Positions 44,376 through 54,585 of a stretch of DNA of 64,000 nucleotides are shown piece after piece (position 1 is the stretch's first letter; each line of letters opens with the position of its first letter). The DNA is from an uncultured Planctomycetota bacterium. GTDB lineage: Bacteria; Planctomycetota; UBA11346. The stretch is from the NCBI GenBank assembly GCA_963818245.1, contig CAWFSD010000001.1, positions 2,749 through 66,748 on the forward strand, in the 5' to 3' direction. The position numbers and the translations under genes are program-made. Under the pieces are notes generated by a model. That model was not told the origin of the DNA, made no database searches, and saw only the letters and a program-made list of their open reading frames with translations.

Positions 44376-45388
44376 TCACCCCAGCCAGCGATCGCAGAAC
44401 GCCCGCGCCGCGGCGGCATCGCCAACGCCCTGGACGATCACCCGCCCGTCGCGGAAGCAGGTCGCAGTGATGGCGCCGTCGCTCCAGCGCACCAGGTGCT
44501 CGTTGGCGGTTCCGAGCGCCGCTCCCAGCTGCGTGCGCAGCCGCACGAGATCGACCGGCCCGCGCGCCACCTGCACCGCGTCGCGTCCGCACAGCACCGC
44601 GCTGGCCGGCACGCCGGCGTTCAGCAGCGGGTACGTGGGTGCGGGTCCGCAGGCCAGGCAGCGCGGATCGCGCCACCTGGCGACGTCGAGGCGCTGGAAG
44701 GTGCCCGCCCACAGGTCGCTGGCCCACAACTGCGTGCGCACCGCCGCGCGGTCGCCGACCAGCAGCTTGAGCGCCTCGGCCACCTGCCAGGCGGCGACCA
44801 GCTGCACCGCCGGGGCGATGATCCCGACGGTGTCGCAGGTCGGACTGTCGCCGGCCGCGGGCAGTTCGTCCTGCAGGCAGCGCAGGCACGGCGTCTCGCC
44901 CGGGCACGATCGGCAGGGACACGCCGTAGGCGCCGACGCAGGCACCGTAGATCCACGGCACGCGCGCGCGGCAGCAGGCCTCGTTGAGCAGGTGCCGGGT
45001 GGGGAAGTTGTCGGTGCCGTCGACCGCCAGGTCGCAGCCGGCGAGCAGCTCGGCGATGTTCGCCGGCCTGCACGTCGGCCACCACCGCCTCGACGCGGCA
45101 GGCGCTGTTCACCTGCGCCAGGCGCAGCGCGGCCGCGATCGCCTTGGGCCGCGCGAGGCGCGCGTCCTCCTCGCCGTACAGCGACTGGCGCTGCAGGTTG
45201 CTCGCCTCGACGAAGTCGCGGTCGACCAGGCGCAGCGCGCCCACCCCGGCGCGGCACAGCTGCTCCGCCACCGCCGCGCCGAGCGCGCCGCACCCCAGCA
45301 CCAGCGACGCGCGCCCGCGCCAGGCGCTCCTGCCCGGCGGCGCCGATCGGCGCGAAGCGCACCTGGCGGGAATAGCGCTGCGCGTCAC
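44376..45388 (-). CDS. ThiF/MoeB/HesA-family E1-like adenylyltransferase with a C-terminal extension (about three apparent frameshifts)
   Basis: ..(Q)RYSRQVRFAPIGAAGQERL..LVLGCGALGAAVAEQLCRAGVGALRLVDRDFVEASNLQRQ..DGTDNFPTRHLLNEAC..PWIYGACVGAYG..CLRCL...CDTVGII (CxxC pair). A further ~100 aa follow (..VDLVRLRTQLG..ITATCFRDGRVIVQG). Confidence 0.75.
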
Positions 45389-45392
45389 CGCT

Positions 45393-46436
45393 TCACGGTG
45401 CGGCCTGCCGCGGCGGCGGGTGCACGACGGTCTGCGGGTACGGGATGGCGATGCCTTCGCTGCGGTAGCGCGCGTGCAGGCGCTTGATGAAGGCGTGGCG
45501 CACCGCGCTCTGGTCGGTGAAGGCCTTGGCGCGCAGCGAGACCGTCGCGGTGATCGCCGAGTCGGCGAAGGCGTTGAAGCGCAGCACCGGATCGTGGCCG
45601 GGCACCGCGCTGGCGGTCTCGAGCCTGGACCTCGCGGGCGACCTCCAGGCTGACCCGCTCGACGTGCTCGAGGTCGCTGCCGTAGTCGACCCCGACCGCC
45701 ACGTTCACCACCACCTCGTGGTCGGGCATGCTGTAGTTGGTGACGATCGCCGAGGCGAGCTTGGCGTTGGGCACCAGCACGGTGTTGTTGAGCCCGGTGA
45801 CCACCGTGGTGTAGCGCCAGGCGATGTCGGTGACGGTGCCCTCGTCGCCGCTGTCGAGGCGGATGCTGTTGCCGATGCGCACCTTCTTGGCCGAGAGGAT
45901 CTGCAGGCCGGCGAAGAGGTTGCTGAGGGGGTCCTGCAGGGCGAGCGCGACCGCCAGGCCGCCGACGCCGAGGGCGGTGAGCACCGGCGTGATGGAGATG
46001 CCCTGCGACTGCAGGATGACCAGCGCGCCCAGCCCGAAGATGACCAGTCGCACCAGGTTGACGAGGATCGACGAGGTCGCGTGCGCGCCGGCCAGCCCGC
46101 CGGTGGCGATGCCCATGCCGCCGGTCGCCAGGCGCACCAGGACCAGGGTGATCGAGGCGGTGCCGGCGACTGAGCTGGATGCGCGCCGATCAGCTCCAGG
46201 GTCGCGGGCGCGAAGGGGCCGAGGTGGGAGGCCACCGACACCCCGAGCATCAGGCACCAGAAGAAGGTGATGCCGCGCAGGGCCTGGAGCACCACCTGGT
46301 CCCAGCCGGTGTGCCCGCGCTTGGCCACCCAGGCGCGCAGGCGGGCCAGGACGATGACCTCCAGGCCGAGGCCCAGGACCAGGCCGCCGGCCAGGCCGAG
46401 GGCGGCGTGGAGGTAGGATTGCGTCTCGTTGGTCAT
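45393..46436 (-). CDS. Mechanosensitive ion channel, MscS family (about three apparent frameshifts)
   Basis: MTNETQSYLHAALGLAGGLVLGL.. provides the TM helices. The core reads ..ITPVLTALGVGGLAVALALQDPLSNLFAGLQILSAKKVRIGNSIRL..GTVTDIAWRYTTV..NNTVLVPNAKL... The C-terminal domain reads ..LRFNAFADSAI. Confidence 0.8.
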
Positions 46437-46657
46437 GCCTTCTCTCCGGTCCCGGCCGGCGGAGCATTCCCATGGCGCCGGGGCGGGCAAGGCGTCCTCC
46501 CCGTGCCGGGGGGACCCGAGACGCGAGACGCGGGACACGAGACCGGAGTATGGGGCGGGAACCACGGGGGGCGCCTTGTGGAAGCCGAAGGACCGTTTAT
46601 GCATCGAGTCTCACGTCTCAGGTCGCGCTGCGTCGCTAGGCTCTGCCATCCACGGGC

Positions 46658-46686
46658 TTGACACGATGGGGGTGGACCTCTAGCTT
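46658..46686 (+). promoter_or_regulatory. Possible sigma-70-type promoter for rpmF-plsX
   Basis: TTGACA (46658-46663), a 17-nt spacer and TAGCTT (46681-46686), about 45 nt upstream of the rpmF ATG. This is motif-only evidence. Confidence 0.3.
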
Positions 46687-46732
46687 GTCCCGCCCATTCG
46701 TTCCCCCGTTCAAGTCGATCCCAGAGGTCACC

Positions 46733-46936
46733 ATGGCTGTTCCCAAGCGTCGCACCTGCCCCAGCCGTAAGGGCATGCGCCAGGCCCACCAGGCTCTCAA
46801 GCCCCCGGGCATCTCGATCGACAGCAAGACCAAGAGCGTCCACCGCCCGCACCACGTCGACCTGCGCACCGGCATGTACCGCGGTCGCCAGGTCCTCTTC
46901 CGCGAGGAAGAGACCGGCGGCGACACCAACGCCTGA
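46733..46936 (+). CDS. rpmF: 50S ribosomal protein L32
   Basis: [23 protein letters not shown] is the L32 N-terminal signature. The gene lies immediately upstream of plsX, which is the conserved arrangement. Confidence 0.9.
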   Translation: MAVPKRRTCPSRKGMRQAHQALKPPGISIDSKTKSVHRPHHVDLRTGMYRGRQVLFREEETGGDTNA

Positions 46937-46940
46937 GCGC

Positions 46941-47975
46941 GTGAAGCGCATGCGCCTCGCCCTCGACGCCATGGGCGGCGACGATGCCCCCCGCGCGATG
47001 GTGCAGGGGGCCATCGACTACGCTCGCAAGCATTCCGACCACGAGGTCGTGCTGGTCGGCCGCGAGGCCGACATCCGCGCCTGCCTCGCCACTGAACTCA
47101 AGTCGGCGACGGCGCAGCTCCCGAACGTCAGCATCGAGCACGCGGCCGAGATCATCGGCATGGCGGACAAGATCCAGGCGCTGAAGGACAAGCCCGACGA
47201 CAGCATGAACCGCTCGGCCCAGCTGGTGAAGCAGGGCAAGGCGGACGCGATGGTGCTGTGCGGCAACACCGCCTGCAGCGTGGCCGCGGCCCAGCTCCAC
47301 CTGCGCCGCATCCCCGGCGTCAAGCGCGCCGGCCTGCTCACCCCCCTGCCGACCCCCAAGGGCCACACCTGGCTGTGCGACTGCGGCGCCAACGCCGTGG
47401 GCAAGCCCGAGCACCTCGCGCAGTTCGCGGAGATGTCGTCGGCCTTCCTCGAAGTGGCGATGGGCGTCAAGCGCCCGCGCGTCGGCGTGCTGTCGATCGG
47501 CTCCGAGGACGGCAAGGGCGACGAGCTGACCCTGGAGACGCTCGAGCTGCTGCGCCGCACCAACCTCAACTTGATCGGCAACGTCGAAGGGCACGACATC
47601 TACACCGGGGACGTCGACATCGTGGTCTGCGACGGCTTCACCGGCAACGTCGTGCTCAAGGCCAGCGAAGGCGTCTACGAGGCGATCGTGACCATCCTCA
47701 AGGAGGAGATCTACAGCAGCATGCGCAACCAGGTCGGTGCCAAGCTGATGAAGCCCGCCTTCGACGGACTGCGCCGGCGCACCCATTGGAGCCTGGTCGG
47801 CGGCGTGCTGCTCGCCGGCGTCGACGGCGTGACCATCATCGGCCACGGACGCAGCAACCGCGTCGCCGTCTACCACGCCCTGCGCCAGGCCGCGCGCTGC
47901 GTCGAGACCAAGGTCATCGAGACCATGCGCGCCCGCTTCCGCGCCCGCCCCGCCGAGGCCGCCGAAGCCGGTTGA
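46941..47975 (+). CDS. plsX: Phosphate acyltransferase PlsX
   Basis: LALDAMGGDDAP..GKADAMVLCGNT..DCGAN..VGVLSIGSEDGKG..NVEG.DI..G.VDIVVCDGFTGNVVLK..GG..LLG..G..IIGHGRS. Intact. Confidence 0.95.
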   Translation: MKRMRLALDAMGGDDAPRAMVQGAIDYARKHSDHEVVLVGREADIRACLATELKSATAQLPNVSIEHAAEIIGMADKIQALKDKPDDSMNRSAQLVKQGKADAMVLCGNTACSVAAAQLHLRRIPGVKRAGLLTPLPTPKGHTWLCDCGANAVGKPEHLAQFAEMSSAFLEVAMGVKRPRVGVLSIGSEDGKGDELTLETLELLRRTNLNLIGNVEGHDIYTGDVDIVVCDGFTGNVVLKASEGVYEAIVTILKEEIYSSMRNQVGAKLMKPAFDGLRRRTHWSLVGGVLLAGVDGVTIIGHGRSNRVAVYHALRQAARCVETKVIETMRARFRARPAEAAEAG

Positions 47976-48100
47976 GTCCCCGGGCCTTCCAGTGCGCCTG
48001 TGCCGCCACGGCGCCGAGGTGTCCGGAATGCCGAAACCTGGAGGCAAGGGCAGGATTCAGGCTTTTTCCATCACCCGCATCCTGCGATTCCCTTCCCCGC

Positions 48101-48190
48101 TCCCCAAATCTCCCCCAAATCTCCCCGAAATCTGCGGATTCTTCGAGAAACCACTGAAGAATCCGCAGATTTGGGGAGATTTGGAGAGAT
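48101..48190. repeat. Palindromic intergenic element, copy 2 of the 8056-8157 family
   Basis: tccccaaatctcccccaaatctccccgaaatctgcggattct faces agaatccgcagatttggggagatttggagagat. It follows plsX, just as copy 1 follows sufS. Confidence 0.8.
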
Positions 48191-48308
48191 GAGAAAGTTG
48201 GAGAGATTTGCTGATTTCTGCGAGTTCGCCCCTGAGGTATACAGTGCCGCAGCGGCGCACTGACAATCCCCTGGCGGGATGGCGCTGCGCGGATATGATC
48301 CCCTGCGT

Positions 48309-48359
48309 ATGAAGACGTCCTATCGTTTTTGGTTTACCCCCACGGCCATCTCCGACTAG
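48309..48359 (+). promoter_or_regulatory. Candidate aromatic-amino-acid leader peptide ORF (16 codons)
   Basis: atg aag acg tcc tat cgt ttt tgg ttt acc ccc acg gcc atc tcc gac tag translates as MKTSYRFWFTPTAISD. Tyr, Phe, Trp and Phe fall within five consecutive codons. It sits between a TATGAT -10-like hexamer (48294-48299) and a strong terminator, upstream of the DAHP synthase. Confidence 0.45.
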
Positions 48360-48384
48360 GGACGCGCCTTCAACGGCTCGCCAT

Positions 48385-48413
48385 ACCCCTGGTCGGACGA
48401 CCGGGGGTTTTTC
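48385..48413 (+). terminator. Intrinsic terminator (attenuator) between the leader ORF and the DAHP synthase start
   Basis: acccctggtc-ggac-gaccgggggt forms a 10-bp stem with one G-U pair, followed by tttttcgtt. It ends ~29 nt before ATG 48442. Confidence 0.6.
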
Positions 48414-48441
48414 GTTGGCGCCACCTCCCGCCGAGCACCCC

Positions 48442-49506
<1,065 letters not shown>

Positions 49507-49588
49507 GCCTACTCACACGACCGAACGCAGGCCCGCCAGGCCTGCGTTGGTCTTTGCGTTTCACCACATCGCGCCCGGGAATGGAACC

Positions 49589-50056
49589 ATGAGCAGCATC
49601 CCTGTGACCGCCGAAGGCAAGCGCAAGATCCAGGGCGAGCTGGACGAGCTCCAGGCGCGCGTGCCGATCATCTCCAAGGCCATCGCCGACGCGCGCGAGA
49701 AGGGCGACCTGCGCGAGAACGCCGAGTACCACGCGGCGCGCGAGGAGATGTCGATGATCAACGCGCGCATCCAGGACTTGAAAGGCAAGCTGTCGCGCGC
49801 CGTGGTCGTCGACGAGAGCCAGATCGACCACAACCGCGTCGCCTTCGGCGCGAAGGTCAAGCTCGAGGACCTCAAGGACAAGAGCGTCGAGGACTGGGAA
49901 CTCGTCGGCGAGGGCGAGGACGACCCGCTCGAGAACAAGATCCTGACCTCCAGCCCGATGGGCACCGCGCTGATCGGCAAGAAGGTCGGCGAGACCATCA
50001 TCGTCAACGCGCCGGTGGGGCAGCTCAAGTTCAAGGTCAAGGCGATCGCGTACTGA
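49589..50056 (+). CDS. greA: Transcription elongation factor GreA
   Basis: MSSIPVTAEGKRKIQGELDEL...R..I...I..ARE.GDL.ENAEYHAAREE......RI..L...L..A.V..... with the C-terminal block ..ISTSSPMG.AL.GKKVGE... Intact. Confidence 0.9.
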   Translation: MSSIPVTAEGKRKIQGELDELQARVPIISKAIADAREKGDLRENAEYHAAREEMSMINARIQDLKGKLSRAVVVDESQIDHNRVAFGAKVKLEDLKDKSVEDWELVGEGEDDPLENKILTSSPMGTALIGKKVGETIIVNAPVGQLKFKVKAIAY

Positions 50057-50078
50057 CCGCCACGGGAACCGCCTCGCC

Positions 50079-51183
50079 ATGACCGACGCCGCCACGCCCC
50101 CCGACCTCGACGCCGAACGCCAGCGCATCGACGCCCTCGATCGCCAGCTGGTCGACCTGCTCTCGCAGCGCGCGCGCTGCGCGCAGCGCATCGGCCAGGC
50201 CAAGGTCGCGCAGGGCGCGGCGGTGTTCGTGCCCCACCGCGAGAGCGAGGTCTTCCGCAAGATCGCCGGCCTGAACCCCGGCCCGCTGCCCGAGGGCGCG
50301 CTGCGCGCGATCTGGCGCGAGATCATGTCGGCGAGCTTCGCCCTCGAGCAGCCGCTGACCATCTGCCACTTCGGCCAGGCCGGCGCCTTCACCCACCTCG
50401 CGGCGCGCCTCAAGTTCGGCGCCAGCGTCACCTACGCGCCGGTCGACGGCATCGCCACGGTGTTCGCCGAGGTCGAGCGCGGCCACGCGGACTACGGCGT
50501 GGTGCCGATCGAGAACAGCACCGACGGCTCGATCACCGACACCATCGACGCCTTCCTGGCCACCCACCTGCGCATCGTCAGCGAACTCCACCTGAAGATC
50601 CGCCACCACCTGATGGCGACCTGCCCGCGCGACCGCATCAAGCGCGTCTACTCGCGCCACACGGTATTCGGCCAGTGCCGCAGCTGGCTGGCCGCCAACC
50701 TGCCGGGCGCCGAGCTGGTCGAGCTGGTCTCGACCACCAGGGCCGCCGAGCGCGCCGCGCAGGAGGCCGACGCCGCCGCCATCGGACCGGAGGAGGCCGC
50801 GGTCAATTGCGGCCTGAGGATCCTCGCCTCCGACATCCAGGACAACCCCAACAACATCACGCGCTTCGTGGTCATCGCCAAGCCGGAGCGGGCCGCGAAG
50901 CCCTCGGGCAACGACAAGACCAGCCTGATGTTCGGCGTCCAGGACCGCCCGGGCGCGCTGTACGACTGCCTGCTGCCCGTTCCACCGCTCCGGCATCAAC
51001 CTGTGCCGCATCGAGAGCCGGCCGAGCCGCCGCCGCCCGTGGGAGTACCTGTTCTTCATCGACCTGCTCGGCCACCAGCAGGAGCCGACGATCCGCGAGG
51101 CACTCGCCGAACTCGGACGGCACACCTCGACCTGCGAGGTGCTCGGCAGCTTCCCGCGCGCGGAGCGGGCGCTGAACGAGTAA
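50079..51183 (+). CDS. pheA: Bifunctional chorismate mutase / prephenate dehydratase (P-protein; one apparent frameshift near 50975)
   Basis: CM domain: LDAERQRIDALDRQLVDLLSQRARCAQRIGQAK. PDT domain: ..ICHFGQAGAFTHLAA..YGVVPIENSTDGSI..DNPNNITRFVVI. ACT domain after the shift: ..KTSLMFGVQDRPGALYDCL.PF...GINL..IESRPS....WEY.FFID..GH. Confidence 0.85.
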
Positions 51184-51416
51184 CCGCGCTCCAGTCGTGG
51201 GCGGTGCCTCCGCCGCCCCCAGCAAGCGCGCATGCGGCCGATCCGAGGACGGCTGCACCTGTAATCGGACGGCACACCTCGACCTGCGAGGTGCTCGGCA
51301 GCTTCCCACGCGCGGAGCGGGCGCTGAACGAGTAACCGCGCTCCAGACGTGGGCGGTGCCTCCGCCGCCCCCCGCAAGCGCGCATGCGGCCGATCCGACG
51401 ACGGCTGCCCCTGTAA
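51113..51416 (+). repeat. Tandem direct duplication, 2 x 152 bp, spanning the last 22 codons plus stop of pheA and 82 nt downstream
   Basis: Copy 1 (51113-51264) and copy 2 (51265-51416) align base for base with five substitutions by manual alignment. The single substitution inside the pheA-derived part is synonymous (ccg to cca). Confidence 0.85.
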
Positions 51417-51686
51417 AACGCATTGAGACCCGGGTGGCCGCGCTGCAGGCTGCCGTCCAGCAGAGCCGTCGCATGATGGTGCGAGGCACCTCCGGCGCCC
51501 ACGGGCGCGGCGCCGCTGGGGCGCACGGCAATGGCGCATGTCGCGGAAAAATCGACATAAACGCCGGATGCGCGGGTCGCAGGTGGGCCACTCCGGGGTC
51601 CGCAGCGCGCGCCATTGGCATGCGCAGTGCTTTGTTTTTGACAAATACGCTTTTCCCTACATCACCAATGCCCTCGTGAGGATCCC

Positions 51687-52464
51687 ATGAACCACCTGAC
51701 CGCTACCTGCTGCGCCATCGTCGCCGTCTCCGCCCTCGCGCTCACCGCCTGCGGCGAGCGCGCCAGCAAGGCCGCCTACCCCAGCGTCTCCAGCGAGGAG
51801 TTCGCGCGCGAGGCGAAGGACGGCCAGGCCACCCTGCTCGACATCAGCGGCACCAGCGCCTACCGCGAGCACCACATCGCCAACGCGATCGACTACCAGG
51901 CGCACTCGGCCGACCTGCCGACCGTCCTGCCCAGCGACCGCGCGAAGCCGATCGTCGTCTACGGCGCGGACTTCGACTCCGGCCACTGGCAGGACGTCAT
52001 GGATCAGCTCGCGGCCCAGGGCTACACCAACGTCAAGCACTACAACGAGGGCATGCGCGGCTACACCGACCGCCACGGCGCCGTGGTGGTGGGCGACGGC
52101 GCCGTCGTCGATGCCAGCAGCATCAGCAAGGACGAGCTGAGCAAGATGATCGCGGAGGGCGGCGACAAGAACCCGTTCCTGCTCGACATCAGCGGGAGCA
52201 GCGCCTACCGCGCCGGCCACCTGCCGGGCGCCGTCGACTACTCTGCGCACAAGACCGAACTGGCGCGCGTGCTGCCCGACCACAAGGAGCGCCCGGTGGT
52301 GGTCTACGGCCAGGGCTTCGATTCCGGCGACTGGCGCAAGGTCGTCCGGCGAGGTCCAGGCGCTCGGCTACTCGAACATCCGCCACTACAACGAAGGCTT
52401 CGCCGGCTGGAAGGCCAGCGGCGGCCCGGTGGTGCTCGAGAGCAACGAGACCGCGGTGCACTGA
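51687..52464 (+). CDS. Lipoprotein with two rhodanese-homology domains that lack the active-site Cys (one apparent frameshift near 52345)
   Basis: The signal and lipobox read ..VAVSALALTAC. Two repeats follow: LLDISG(T/S)SAYR..H(I/L)..A(I/V)DY.AH...L..VLP....P(I/V)VVYG..FDSG.W..V......GY.N(V/I).HYNEG. The position of the catalytic Cys (..vvyC..G..) reads YGADFDSG and YGQGFDSG. Confidence 0.7.
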
Positions 52465-52490
52465 ACCGTCGACGACGGTCCACTCTCGGG

Positions 52491-52521
52491 GGCCGGCATG
52501 CGCAGGCATGCCGGCCTTTTC
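52491..52521 (+). terminator. Rho-independent terminator after the rhodanese-domain gene
   Basis: ggccggcatgc-gcag-gcatgccggcc has an 11-bp perfect stem followed by tttt. Confidence 0.65.
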
Positions 52522-52674
52522 TGGATCTGCGGTCAAGCGAGTGGGACAGGCAACGGCAACGAGTCGACCAGACAGGCTCACAGCGAGACGGAGGGCAGGC
52601 CTGGAGGAGGGCGTCGGTCGGCGGCTGGACCTTGACCTGAGCAGCCGCTGTCGTGGCCCGTTGCCTGTCGCGAC

Positions 52675-53687
52675 TCAGAAGCTGGAGGACAGCCCGGCGC
52701 TGAAGACCGCGCCCGCCGCCACGTCGATGCCGTTGCCATCCGCGTGGTTCCAGGTGGTGCCCTCGCGGATGCGCCGGCCGAAGGCCCAGCCGTACTGCAC
52801 GGTGGCGCGCAGCGGCGGGCCGAGGCTGGCCGCGAGGCCACCGAGGACCCGCGATTCGCGCACGAAGATGCGATCGCGCGCATCGTCGCGGTCAGCTCGC
52901 CGCCAGGTCTCGGTCGACCACACGTAGTCCGCGGTCAGCGACAACCACGCGGCCGCGGCGGGCGCCGGCATGACGGCCGACGCCGAGGCGGGCGTTGCCG
53001 AAGACCGATCCGCCGACGCTGCCCGAGATCCACGCGTTCGGCGCCCAGCGCGCGAACAGGAAGGGCACGCCCAGCAGCAGGTTGAGCTCGGTCCCGTGGT
53101 TGTACTGCCAGGCGACGCCGGGGATCGGGACGAAGTTGGCGAAGGCGCGGTCGCTGCCCTCGTTGACGAACAGGATCCAGGCCTGCTCCGGGCCGCTCGG
53201 GATGCGCCAGAAGGCGGTGGCGTTCAGCGCCACGCTGCTGCGCCCGCGCAGCGGCTGGTCGGAGACCGTGCCGAGCGCGACGCTGGCGCCCCAGATGGTG
53301 CCGTCCGCCGCGACGTGGCGGTAGAGCGCGCCCAGCGAGAGGTCGTAGAAGCGGTCGGGGATGGGGCCGGTCGCCGGCAGCACCGGCGCGCCGAGCACGT
53401 CGACGGTGCGCGCCGACAGGCTGAGCTGCACCTCGCTGCCGGCGTCGCGCCAGGGCTGCGTGCGCAGGCCGAGCGCGCCACCGCTCTGGCCGAAGTTCCC
53501 GGTCGGTGCGCTGGTGCTGCGCTCCGGTTCCAGCGAAGAAGACCGGCGGTGACGCCGAGGGTCAGCGGGCGGATCGTCGGGATGAACCAGCCCAGGGGGC
53601 CGGCGTCCTCGGCGCGCAGCGCGTCGCCTGAGGCGAGGAGCAGGCTCGACGAGGGCGGCGAACAGAAGCGGCGGGAGCCTTGGCCAT
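52675..53687 (-). CDS. Putative outer-membrane beta-barrel protein (several apparent frameshifts)
   Basis: There are alternating-residue beta-strand-like segments (..GTIWGASVALGTVSD..VALNATAFWRIP..AWILFVNEGSDRAFANFVPIPGVAWQYNHGTELNLLLGVPFLFARWAP..). The C-terminus ..AAGAVFSAGLSSSF ends in Phe as in many OM barrels. The N-terminus is signal-peptide-like after frame repair. No family is assigned. Confidence 0.4.
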
Positions 53688-53830
53688 GGGCGCCGACTCT
53701 CGGGCCCCCTGCCAGCCTCCAACCGATTTCCCGGTGATGGCTGGGCGCCGGGGCGCGGCCTCGACGCGGTCCCTCCTCCCTGGCCCGCCGTCCGGGCTTT
53801 CATCGCCAGCGCGCCGCCTACGCTGCCGGC

Positions 53831-54406
53831 ATGGACCCGTCCTCCGCCATCACCACGGTCATCCGCGCACGCCGCACCCACAAGCAGTTCACCGGCGCGC
53901 CAGTGAGCCGCGTGGAGTTGGACGACCTGCTCGAGCTGGCCTCGTGGGCGCCCACCCACCGCCTGAGCGAGCCGTGGCGCTTCGCGGTGCTCGATCAGGC
54001 GGCCATCGCCCGCCTCGGCGAGTACCTGCGTTTCGAGCCCGCGATCGCCGCCGTCCCCGATCCGGCCAAGGGCGCCGCGAAGCTGGCCAAGCTGCTCGAA
54101 CGTCTTCCCAGCCTGGGCGCGATGGTGCAGGTCACCTGGATCCGCGCCGGCGATACCGCCATCGACCTCGAGGACCACGCCGCCGCCGCCGCCGCCGTCC
54201 AGAACCTGCTGCTCGCCGCCACCGCGCGCGGCCTGGGCAGCTTCTGGTCGACCAACCCCGCCCTGGCCCACCCCAAGACCCTGACCTGGTGCGGCTGCGA
54301 TCCGCACCGCGAAGGCTTCCTCGGTTCGATCTGGCTGGGCGTCGCGGCCGACGCGCCGCCGCCCCCGCCGCGCCGGCCGGCGGCGGAGCGCGTGCGCTGG
54401 GTATGA
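53831..54406 (+). CDS. Nitroreductase-family protein
   Basis: ..AITTVIRARRTHKQFTGAPVSRVELDDLLELASWAPTHRLSEPWRF.V.......L.....QNLLLAATARGLGSFW... Intact. Confidence 0.8.
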   Translation: MDPSSAITTVIRARRTHKQFTGAPVSRVELDDLLELASWAPTHRLSEPWRFAVLDQAAIARLGEYLRFEPAIAAVPDPAKGAAKLAKLLERLPSLGAMVQVTWIRAGDTAIDLEDHAAAAAAVQNLLLAATARGLGSFWSTNPALAHPKTLTWCGCDPHREGFLGSIWLGVAADAPPPPPRRPAAERVRWV

Positions 54407-54585
54407 CCCGGGCTCGGTGCGCCTTCTGGGTGACGGCCGACGCGTTCCGCGGTCCACCACGCCCGACATCGACCAAGACGCACTCGGCGTTGACTCGACT
54501 ACGCACTCCGCATCTCCCCCACTCCGCACCCTGCACGCCGCACCACTCAGCATCCACCATCCCATCCAGATCCTGAAAACGACCC

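Noticed and set aside
51638-51666. TTGACA at 51638-51643 upstream of the rhodanese-domain gene was considered as a promoter.
   Set aside because: No acceptable -10 hexamer lies at 16-18 nt spacing (atcacc / catcac), so I did not call it.
51197-51679. A 160-aa plus-strand ORF downstream of pheA.
   Set aside because: It runs through the two copies of the 152-bp duplication in a frame different from pheA and has Ala/Arg/Gly shadow composition. No independent support exists.
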